Below are positions 10,442 through 20,857 of a stretch of DNA of 20,857 nucleotides, piece after piece. Below the pieces are notes generated by a model, which was given only the letters and a program-made list of their open reading frames with translations, searched no databases and was not told the origin of the DNA. The DNA lies in contig CT868407.1 in the NCBI GenBank assembly GCA_000165425.1, positions 447,204-468,060 of the forward strand, given 5' to 3'. The translations under genes and the position numbers were made by a program. This DNA comes from Paramecium tetraurelia. Its lineage: Eukaryota. The number at the start of each line of letters is the position of its first letter. The first letter of the stretch is position 1.

Positions 10442-12378
10442 ATGCTTCCTAAATTTCAGGAAATCTAATTGCTTTATGAGATATTATTTAGTAATTAATT
10501 GGTGAGTATATTGTGAGAGGATTGTAAGGTGGACATTCATCCAAGTAGATAAATGGGTTTTATTACCTAGACTAGATAATTTTTGTACCCATAACCATCT
10601 ATGTAAATGCCCTCTTTCAAGGGATCAAATTAAGTTGCATACTTTTTTAAAAAGTCAAGAAGGATTAATTTTTTATCATTTTGAGTGTAATGCTTGCACA
10701 TATAGATAGCAGTCAACATTATCGACAAACAAAATGAAGATATTCCTCCTACAATATTCATCGTGATAAGTGATACCTGTATGTGCATCATTAAGATTTT
10801 TGGATTTAAGTAAAAACTTCAAAATTAGGATTGTCTCTCTATACCAATAAAATCGATTCACCCAATCTTTGATAATTGTTGTTGAAGCAAAACCTAAATG
10901 AGGGTTATTATAAATATTGTTCCATTAGTAAATCCATGTTAAATCAACCTGAATGATTTTACCTAAGATAATACACTAAACATACCAGGGTCTTATTAAT
11001 CTAAATGAAAACTTTGCCAATTTTGTTAAATGTATGCTTTATCATTGTAAAACTCAGTTTTTGGATTCAATTCTAATTTTAATATTGGCATATGACTTTG
11101 AATCAACCTAAAATTTTGAGATAATCATACTTTGATTAGACTAAAAATGGTGTCTATTTTAAGAGTGAGTTAATTTACTGTAAAAAGTTTACAATCTAAT
11201 TGTAACTCTATGTTTATGTTCCCCAAATTCCTATATCCACATCACTTACATCTAAATCAAGTCCAGTTTCGAAGGATCCATAAGCATAAATATTAAGGTC
11301 TGAATTTGTTGATATAATATAATGCAATCTATTAAAACATATTCGTTTTCTTATTTTGTTTTAAAAACTTTTAATTTTTATGTTATTTAAAAACTCATCT
11401 ATGTCTTGTCGTTTGGATTTGTTTAAATTTAATTATTTACGTTTTATAGGTGTAGTGAGTGGAGAATTTGGATATTATTTTTTTCCAACTTTTTCTATAT
11501 TATTATAATTTTTCTTTTTATATTTCTCCTTGTTACTCTATTTTTGTAAACTTGTGTCTTTCAAATCTTTCTCATCTTATTATAATAAACAGTCATCTGA
11601 CTCTGATTAGGAATTCCCTGTTGTTGTACTTACAGCACCAATCTATATAATGTTTTTAAATTACATGACTAAACTGGGCATCAAAATCGCTAGACTCATT
11701 TTTGCATTTCTGTATATTCTCTATTTAATTCAAGCTCTTCAACACTTATTACCTTTATGAAGTTGTTTACTCTTTTAATTTATGAGAATTTTGAGAAGAA
11801 GCCTAATTATATTATTTATCCTTTATCTATTATTCTATCTAAGGATGTTATGGATGTTATTTTTATGTTAAAGTTTAGTTTTTTTGGGCTTTTTGTTAGG
11901 AATCAACCTTAATTTTCTTGCTCTTTGTTCTTTTTTGGGGCTTCTTATTTTGTTGTTAAAATAATTGAGCAGTTGGTGGCAACTAAAAGCCTTCGATATC
12001 ACCATAGTCTACAATTTTGAATGATAAATCTTATTGAGAATAAAACTCCTTTGGATTCTGTTATTCATAATTAATGTGATGTTCCTCTTCAAGAACACTT
12101 AGAGATAAGCTTATTATATTTCTTATACAAGTGATTGAATCGAATTCATCATTCTTTCTTTTAAATTGCTGTTTCATCTATGATTTAAAAAAGATGATAT
12201 ATACCTTTCTTCCAATAAATCCTTCTTGCTCTTATGCACATTCACTTGTTAATTTTTATTAATAGCATTCTACTTATCGCTTTTTATGACATGAGGTTTT
12301 TGTTTCTCTGGTGACTTCTTCAAACTTATTTTCACTAATCTGGAAAGATGCACATTAATTTAGTGTATAAGAAATCAT
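10353..12378 (-). CDS. Non-canonical poly(A) polymerase / terminal nucleotidyltransferase (Trf4/PAPD5-Cid1 family), about 626 aa
   Basis: IYAYGSFETGLDLDVSDVDIGI (GS plus DxD), MPILKLE, IQVDLT (third Asp), LILKFLLKSKNLNDAHTGGISSFCLSIML; six introns of 22-28 nt; spliced length 1881 nt; long low-complexity N-terminus. Confidence 0.9.
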
Positions 12379-13233
12379 TTATAATTTATAATACTCTCTA
12401 ATTGAGTTTTTATTAATCATTAAAAACGCAAAGCCAAAATCTTGTTGTTTTAAGATACTTAATACAAGGAATAAAAAGACACTACTATAAAATATTATTA
12501 AGAGTTGATTAAGATAAAAGACTTTGATATTTAAATGTATAGCACTAATCATTATTGTATATTATTGGACATTACTATAACCTAAAGGATCATTAACAGT
12601 TGACAATCACATTTACATATCAAAGGTTATTCTTTGCTAATCTATCTCTTACTGATGATATTTAAATCTCTAATTAAATTATTCCAATTTAGTAAATTAT
12701 TTTTTCATTTTAAAAATAATCATCCAACCTATAAAATGATAAGATTGATTTTGAAATCTTATTTTAATCAAGAAACTTCTCAAATCAGTTTGATTAATTT
12801 GAAGCATCTGTTAAGTATAGTCAAGATAACAATAATATCAATAAAATCTAAGATTAATATCAATTAGTCATTTGCCAATATTAATAAATTAATAAAAGAA
12901 AGGAATTTTAAGTTTACTTAATTAATATTACTATCAATAAACACATTAATGAAGAAAGAACCAATTCCAAAATATAGAAGTCCTTAATAACCTATTATAT
13001 TTCTAATAAAATTATCAATCGAGATCAAGAGTAATAATGATAGCTTTTAATTATCTTATAGAAAATTTTCTTGTTTTATTAATACAATATTTTGTGCATC
13101 GAATAGATTGAATTAAAATTTTTCTTGATTTTGCAATTTAGTGATAAATTTATTATAATTAAAAATATTCTATAGATTTAGGGTATAATTCTCCAGATAT
13201 ATTGGAATATTGTCTTAAAATATAACATAAATA

Positions 13234-13872
13234 TCAGCAACAGCCATCCTACTTTTTGGGTTTTTCTTCTTAAGGCACTGGAGTTTGTAAAAATTATTAG
13301 GGTTGTGGTTTTCTTACCTTTCCGGCAATTCCTGTTTCTTAGATTTATTAAGTAAAAGCTTGAAAAGCAGCTTCAACCTAATCGATAATAATGATAATTA
13401 CTTAGTCACTTGTTTTTGCACTTACTTCAAAGAATTTTAGATTGAATTCTTTGGCCAATTCTTCAGCCATAACTGTAGTTACTTGTCTAGACTCATCAGT
13501 CGCTAAATCGCTTTTATTGCCTAAGAGCATCAACAAAACATTTTCATCTGCATAGTGATTAAGTTCATTCATCCAATATTTACGGATATCCTCAAAAGAC
13601 TTAAGGCTTGTGATGTCATAAACTACCACTATTCCTTATGCTCCTTTATAATAGGAGTTAGTAATATTTCTAAATCTTTCTTAACCAGCTGTATCCCATA
13701 TTTACAATTTAACTCCCTATCCATTAACCCTCAGAGATTTGAAACGAAAATCAACTCCAATTGTACTAAGATACATATCTCTGAATTAATCATCACAGAA
13801 ACGAATTAGCAATGAAGATTTACCAACAGCACTATTCCCAACTATGACGATTTTGTATAATTATTCCTCCAT
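13234..13872 (-). CDS. Rab GTPase, Rab1/Ypt1-like, about 204 aa
   Basis: GNSAVGKS, YLSTIGVDF, WDTAGQERF (Q encoded by TAA), YYKGAQG, GNKSD, EVSAK, C-terminal GCC; 24-nt intron at 13378-13401. Confidence 0.96.
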
Positions 13873-14516
13873 TATTTTATTATTATTTATCAATAATTAA
13901 TCATCTCTTTACTACAAATTATTCTGCAATTATTTATTTAATAATAAGGTTTAAAAATATATCATGTAAGTTAATCAATTCATACCCCTCAGTTTAATTC
14001 TCAATCAATCAGAAGTCTTTCTACTATTCTAATTTCTACATGCATGACAAATTTGATTAAATATTGAAAAATCTAATAAAAAGTTTATCAAATTTACACG
14101 ACAAAAATACTTTTTATGAATTACAATAAATTTATTTCAAATATAATTCTAAAAATTCTTTTTCAATGAAATATATGAAATTTGATTTGGTTATTCCCAT
14201 AGATTACAATTTTGAATATAATCTATAAGTATAGCATAATTACTCCTTCATTATTTAATAAATCTTATTAATTGTGAACAAATTGTAGATAACATTATAA
14301 GCATGTTCTTTTCATATAATAATTGATTTGCATTTTTACTTCAATTTAATTATTTTTGAGATCATCCTAAAATTGAAATTGTTTGCAAACCTTTCATAAG
14401 ACACAAGCTTTACCATTTTTTATTTAATAATATAATTACTGAGTCATTAGGATTGTAATAATTAATTCTCTCAAAGTTTTTATTATTTTTATTATTATCA
14501 GAGTTGTTTAGAATTT

Positions 14517-16230
14517 ATGAGCATTCAAAATCAACAACTTTAAAGACTAATCAACAACACATATATCACTAAGAAGAGAGTTTCAGCTGGATCATTTGGA
14601 GTAGTTTATTGTGGATAGGATATTAATACAAGAGCAATTGTTGCAATTAAGATCGACAAAGGCAACAAAGAAGATACAAGTTTAGAAAGAGAGGTAATAA
14701 TCGGTTAAGTAATATTAAGGCAGAAATTTTAAAAAGATTATAATAAACACCTTAAATACCAAAATTACATTGGGCAGGAAAAGATGGAGATTCAAATGTT
14801 TTAGTTATTTAATATTTGGGCAGAGACCTAACACATTTTATGAAAACTTTTCGAAAATTTTCTCTAAAATGTGTGCTAATTATTGCTGACCAAATGATTA
14901 ACATCATTGAGAGCATACACAAAAAGTAGATTAGAATTGCTTTATTTTTAGTAAAGTGCTACATAGAGACATTAAACCAGAAAATGTACTTGTTGGCAAA
15001 GAAGATGAAGAGAATCTGCTTTATATAGTAGATTTTGGTATAAGCAAGTTTTATAAGGATGAAAATGATTCGCATATGTAAACTTCCTAAATACTTCAGA
15101 TCATTTCGAGAGAATTAACCATTTATTGGAACTACCCGATATGCAAGTATCAATGCACATAAAGGATTTTCATTAAGTCGAAGAGACGATTTGGAATCAT
15201 TAGGTTACATGCTTATATTTTTATTAAAAGGTTTAATAAATGTGAATAATTTTAGGATAACTGCCTTGGTAAAACTTGTAATTTATTGATGAAGAAGACA
15301 AAATGAGATAAGTTGGTCAAATGAAAATGAAAATTGACATAAATGAGTTATGCAAAGGAATTCCAATTGAATTTGGAAGATTTTTAGATTATACAAAGGG
15401 TTTGCCCTTTAAAGCAGAACCTAATTATAAATATTGTCAATCCTTATTTAAGAAAATATCATAAGAACACAATTACTAATAAAAAGATCTTATTTTTGAT
15501 TGGGATTTAGGGCCAAAATCAGAAAGAATAGATGATAAGAAAAAGTATTCAATTGAAGGCCATATGCCAAGTAGTTCGAATAATAGTAATTTAATTAATA
15601 ACAAAATATCATTGTATACATTTAGGAGTATTTTAGATTTAAAAAATCAAAAGATGAAATTTCTTCAAATAATATTGGAGGGTCTTTATTAAATTATTCG
15701 CAAGAGCAACTAGAAATGAATTCCCTACTTAAAACTCCAGAATAACGAAAATCAAGTTTGGCCCCTGATATTAATAGGCGAAAAAATAGAATGTAATCTG
15801 TTAGTAGCTATAATGATTCTCACTCAGAAATAGATTTTAATAATGGCAGCATAATGTTAAGAATTTAGCCTAGTATGTTAAGTAGGTTAAGTAAAATTTC
15901 TTTCAATTCTAACTCAAGGGTTAATAACAGTAAATAAAACCTATGTTTAACCCCTGAATAAAAAAGGTGTGAAAAAAAATTATCAATTACTCCTAATTCA
16001 TATATATTATAAATTACAGGATAGTAACAAAAAACAATTGCCAGAAATTCAAACTCTTAATAAAAATTATCTTATAAAAAAGAGGAAGAAACTATAAAAG
16101 AATTTTCTAAAATGAATGAAGCAGATGAAGGAATTGAACGTTAATATATGCTTTTAAAATAAGCAGCAGTGAATGCGTATGTATATTGTACTTACCATAT
16201 TGTAGACGCTTCAAAAAATCAATTAGTTGA
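14517..16230 (+). CDS. Casein kinase 1 family kinase with long Ser/Asn-rich C-terminal tail, about 520 aa
   Basis: [60 protein letters not shown]; six introns of 22-29 nt; last exon choice slightly uncertain. Confidence 0.95.
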
Positions 16231-16349
16231 TGGTCTCCCAAACTCTTAATTTTATTTTTACATGTATTAATTTGATATAACTTTAAAAATATCTAATAAA
16301 CCTACGTAGATAGAATAAATGCTTTATTCTTAAAAATAATTATTCATTT

Positions 16350-18301
16350 TCATTTTGTAGCTTCGCGCTAAATAACAAAATCATTCTCATCATTGTTTTA
16401 AATGAATTTTAAGCCTTATTCGTTTGCTAAATGTAACATAGTCACAAAGCAAGTTTATATGGAAACCCTTCCTTTATTTGTAGGCATTTTCAAGATTTCA
16501 GGTAAAATTTAATTAATCTAATTGAACTCTAATCCTTGATTTTCTGTTGATAACTAATGTTACATTATTTAATTACTGGTATTTTTTTTGATAATGTTGA
16601 CCAGACTTGGCTTTTGAGTTCTTTGATAGGTATGTTGAGTCTTCCGGTCGGATTATTTCGCAAAGAAGTTCCTATTCCCATATTTTATTGTAACTATTAT
16701 GGGAGTTCATCATCAACTCCACCATATTCGTAATTATCATTTTATAATTATCCTTCTTCTATTATCTCTTCTCCCCATTGCGGTATTTTTGCAATTTAAA
16801 ATGGCTAATATAAACTAAATTAACTATAAATATATTACTCCTATCTATCTATTTAATAAGATTTAGGTAACAAATTTAATTGTTTTAATGGATCCTTATT
16901 AATACAATAATTCTCCTTCTCTTTTGGTTGCATAATTGTTTTTCGATCAAGTTCTTCTTCTTCATCATCATCATCTCCAAATGCAAAATTTAAGCCATTC
17001 TTTTTTTTTGATTTACTTTTCTTGGTTTTGTCAACCTAAAGGCAAGTTACTTTTTTCTTAGGTTGTAAATTCATATCAAGCGCCATCCAAGCAACTTATT
17101 CCTTTTCATTTTCAAATACTTTTCCAGTTCCAATGTTGGCTGCTGCCTATTCAAAATTTAAAATGTTAAATTTATTTTATTAAAATTATTGACCTTACTA
17201 TTAGAATAAAGATTAGCAATTTTAATTTCCAGAATTAATGGAAACTTGATCGTCTAGATTCATCTCTTCTGGCAAGTTCTCGTATTATTGGTCTTCCACT
17301 TAAAAATCCATATTCATTCCTACAGGATTCATAACAGCCATAAAAGATTTCTCTTATTTAAGATCAACCAACCTTTGCCCTTTCTAAAAGATATTTTCCC
17401 TAAATTCAGTTAATTCAGGACATAGTCTTAAGTTATTAAGGTTTTTGAGCATAGATTTATAATCTAATTTATATATAAAACTTACTTTCAATGTTTATAG
17501 TACTTTGAATTGGTTTTATAGGTAGAACTTCAGAATCTAAAGCAAGCATTAGGTTTTCATTGATTGTTAAATTATTCATCAAAAGTCCCTTAGCTCCAGC
17601 TTCATCAAATTTAGCAGAAGTTTATTAAAACAAAGGATCAATCTCAAATTCTAAATCATATTTATTGGTATCAATGTTGGCTTAATTCTTTTCTAAAGTA
17701 TTTTCGCCCCCCGTATTGTGTAATTTTTTTTTTCTTAATTACTCTTATTCAAATTCTTATTCAACTTCCTAATTTTATTTATCAGGAATCTAAGTTCTAT
17801 GTAATCCACCCAAGACTTTAAATGTATTTTAATGCACTAGATCTACTCTAAAACCATATATTTTTGAACCTGCATCCAAGGATGCTGATATATGTTTCCA
17901 AGCATCACCTTATTCAATTTCTACAGATATAATAAATAATAATACATTTGAAGGCATTTAAATCCCTAAGATTAATCATAGGTATGTCAAATGAATTTTT
18001 TTCATTAACTCTCTAACCATATTACTTAAATTAATACATTTTTTTATATAAGACCCAGCACAAATCGAGATTGCTCATCAGGATCATCTTTGTTTTAAAC
18101 CTCAACTTCCTCATCACTCGAACTTAGATCTGTAGGTTTTAATTAGATTTATTGGAATTTATTGCTCTGCTATTATTTAGTTTGGGCAAATTTAACAATA
18201 TCATTTTCCTCATGAGTTGCTAAATCATCTACACCACTCGGCATTTCCTTTTTCTTTTTGAGATACTTAGTTTTTGCAGATACTTATTTGTTCTTTTTCA
18301 T
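16350..18301 (-). CDS. CAPH: Condensin complex subunit 2 (kleisin CAP-H/Barren/Cnd2), about 610 aa
   Basis: SASLDAGSKIYGFRVDLVHQNTFKVLGGL, FEIDPLFQQTSAKFDEAGAKGLLMNNL, LCPELTEF, IKELKSQVW, VSIQTCFVTMLHLANEQGL; five introns; spliced length 1833 nt. Confidence 0.95.
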
Positions 18302-18362
18302 AATTTGAATATTAAAACAATATTTTGGCTCCAAATAAAGAATAATAAAAATAATAAATCAA

Positions 18363-19267
18363 TCATGGCAATATCATAAGTTCGCACTACTATAATATGA
18401 CTTCTCTACAACAATATCTGCAGAGTTTCCGATAAGGTTCGTTTGCCAAGAGAGTATAAATTCCGTCTTTCAATTGTAATGGATTCTCTAGAGTTAATAT
18501 TGAATCATTTTCATTTTCGCATTTACAAATTACAGCGCATTTGGCTCTAATAATTACAACTTTTTCTTAGCTCCTAGAGACAAAAGCAACGTGAGAAGTG
18601 TAATTTTCTTAATTTTTGGGGAATTAATCATTATCTAATTAAATTTAGTGCATTTACTATGAAAAAAGTCTATCCTTATATTTTAGTTGCAGTGACTGAT
18701 GAATATCGCAAGTGATTTGGTCTTTTTTATTATATTGGTTGCAGCTTAAAGTATTTGTTTACATTTTGAACATTATATCAAAACATCCAATTAAAGCAAC
18801 TTAAGTCTTTGGAAACATTTTTGGATCAGAAACTTGAATACAATAAGTCTGCTATTAGTTAATTATTATTTTTATGTTTCTTCAATCTCAAAAAGCAATT
18901 AATTGTCATCAAATTCAATAAGTTATGCTTGGGAAAATAAGTTTTGCACAAATACTCGATTCAACATTAATATATTTTCCTAATCAACTTTTTTTGAATA
19001 TAACCAATCTATTTAAGTTTTTCTCCTTAGTATATTACTTTTTAATGAATCAATTGATGATGGTAATTAATTGATAGACTTCTTTAAGTCATCATTTTCT
19101 TGATTTTCAGCAGTTGATGGCAAATGTTTGATATTAATATTATAACCTAATTCTTTTTTAAGCTTTGCATTCTTTGATTAAAAACTTACTTAGATTTTTG
19201 GATTATTATCCTTGTAATAAGAATACCGATAAGCATGTAATTCATTGAGTTGATATTTAAGAGACAT
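18363..19267 (-). CDS. Hypothetical protein with Cys-rich C-terminal half (possible Zn-binding), about 293 aa
   Basis: ATG 19267 to TGA 18363 is open with a single 23-nt intron near 18635-18657; QCSKCK, SHCN, ICKCE, LCRYCCR motifs. Confidence 0.75.
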
Positions 19268-19377
19268 GCTAATGAATAATTAAATAAATAATTATTTTAG
19301 TAAGATTTTTCTAAATAGAATCCTAGGTTAGTTACAGAAAAATTATATGACTGTGAAGTCCAAAGTTAAACAATTTT

Positions 19378-19600
19378 CATCATCCTTTCTAAGAAAACCT
19401 ATATTCACTTCAGAGGCCTTTACATAAGCAGGGTAACGTTTGTCTGCTAAGAGAAAGCCAACTTCACCCTTAGCTTAAAGAAACTGTTGAACCTCAGTGG
19501 TATAATCCTCTTCCTTCATAGCCTTCAAGAAGTCCTTGCTAGCTTCCTTCCTCAATTAGCATCAAATTCACTCAAAGTTGAGTTCCAAATCAAATTTACT
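19378..19600 (-). pseudogene. Frameshifted remnant of an unidentified protein-coding gene
   Basis: GC-richer, codon-biased stretch QLRKEASKDFLKAMKEEDYTTEVQQFLQAKGEVGFLLADKRYPAYVKASE is blocked upstream by TGA; the preceding WNSTLSEFDA lies in a neighbouring frame (1-nt offset at about 19558). Confidence 0.45.
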
Positions 19601-20857
19601 TAGAGTATTTTATAGTTCCCTTACTAATTATACTCATAATTCGTTAATTATCTTCAATGTCATCCTGTCATCAACTTTCCCCTATCTAATTTTCATGTTT
19701 TTCGCTTTTAAATCATCTTTAATTAAAAATATAGGTGAATTCTAAAAATAGATAAGGATATTAATTGAGTAATATTTTGCTACTAGAGTAATCATGTTTG
19801 ATGAGATTGGCTTAACTAAAAAAAATATATTTATCCTCCTCCTTAATGATGATATTAATTCCACTTACTTTCAAATAGATCAGTAGTTCTTAAAATTTTC
19901 AACAATCCCTAGTTAGATTATGTGGCTTTTAACTAAAAGGAAATAGTTTATTATATTCGATAAAGCAATCCAAAAAATTGAAAATCCAATAGACCACTTA
20001 ATTTTCTATTCAAAGTTTTTGGAATTGATTAACCTTCTTTAGTATGTATGCTTATTACTAATACTCTTTGTTCTTATTTCATAGCTGAATTTTTAAATTT
20101 CGATTAGGATTAATAAATTTGTTAGAAATTGTAATTAAAGATGAAATGGAATTTATTTGAAATTATTAGATTAGCAAATTACAATTATCATATTTCTACA
20201 ACACATGGTTCAAATAATTATTTTTATCTTGAAATATAAAGTTAACCACATCGTCTGCTTGCTTGTATTAAAGATAGAGTCTGTTTTATTTTGGATAATT
20301 ATTTTATTTTCATTTTTTTTGTTCAACTAACTTAAATTTTTCCTTACCACAACTGATATTTTCATTCAGATTAATTTTTTATAAATACTTCAGAGTATGA
20401 GTATGCATCGTTTAAGTAATTATACTTTATTTTTACAGTAGTGGTGAATAAGATATAGAAAAAAGTACAGCAACCTGACAAAAAACTTAATGTTTTATTT
20501 CTTTGTAATTTTTGTTAATCATGTTTTAAGTACAAATAATAATAATAATTATTCTCTTAATTCATTGCAATAGCATATGATTTGAGAATTTCCAAAATTT
20601 ACCATTTTTTTTTAAGGGTATATCAGTTGAGGTAAAGGTTATTTTTGGTGTCAAAAATAAAAATAAAAAAAAGGTGTTAAACAATTTTCTCCCCATTCCT
20701 AGAATATGTTAATATTGCAAATCTTTTACACTAAAATCAAATTAAAACTACAGCTTAGGAAAAATATTTTCTCACCCTTTTATAATTCAATTCTAAATTT
20801 GCAGGTCGAGGGACATATCCTGATTCTAAAATAATGATAAAAGTTTTTCGCGATTAT

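Noticed and set aside
11459..11650. Tracked + strand ORF
   Set aside because: Antisense to the nucleotidyltransferase N-terminal region
12634..12867. Tracked 77-aa ORF
   Set aside because: Non-ATG start, I/K/L/F-rich composition expected of AT-rich non-coding DNA, no motif
13555..13809. Tracked + strand ORF
   Set aside because: Antisense to the Rab gene
18400..18714. + strand frame with faint Cdt1-like LPREYKF..MDSLE text
   Set aside because: No usable start, and the minus strand carries a complete spliced ORF
10353..19267. Nucleotidyltransferase + CK1 + CAP-H + Cys-rich protein as a genome-rearrangement gene cluster
   Set aside because: Mixed orientations and unrelated neighbours; adjacency in a compact eukaryotic genome is not evidence of a system without co-expression data
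1..20857. Widespread pseudogenisation suggested by frequent TAA/TAG; also CRISPR arrays, transposons, telomeric repeats, tRNA/rRNA and retained IESs inside genes
   Set aside because: TAA/TAG fall at conserved Gln positions; I saw no repeat array, transposase/RT motif or RNA-gene pattern; interruptions in conserved genes are GT..AG introns rather than TA-bounded inserts

Overview
AT-rich, gene-dense eukaryotic DNA that reads as a ciliate somatic (macronuclear-type) chromosome segment, most likely Paramecium. Genes are open only if TAA/TAG encode Gln and TGA is the sole stop, and they are split by tiny (about 21-30 nt) GT..AG introns, so the supplied standard-code ORF track is mostly misleading. 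Manual translation gives, in order: UTP25 3' end (+), a two-EH-domain protein (-), a small doubtful ORF (+), a tesmin/LIN54-like CRC-domain protein (-), TOM40 (+), a CAMK-group kinase with DFN instead of DFG (-), a MYCBP-associated-protein-like gene (-), a PIERCE/UPF0691-like gene with an apparently damaged 3' end (+), a Trf4/Cid1-type nucleotidyltransferase (-), a Rab1-like GTPase (-), a casein kinase 1 (+), a condensin kleisin CAP-H (-), an unknown Cys-rich protein (-), and a frameshifted gene remnant (-). I see no mobile element, RNA gene, repeat array or convincing novel multi-gene system. The best leads are two 23-nt head-to-head spacers (one joining two predicted axonemal genes), the paralog identity of CAP-H and the nucleotidyltransferase, and the unknown Cys-rich protein. 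All family calls come from motif recognition, not database searches.
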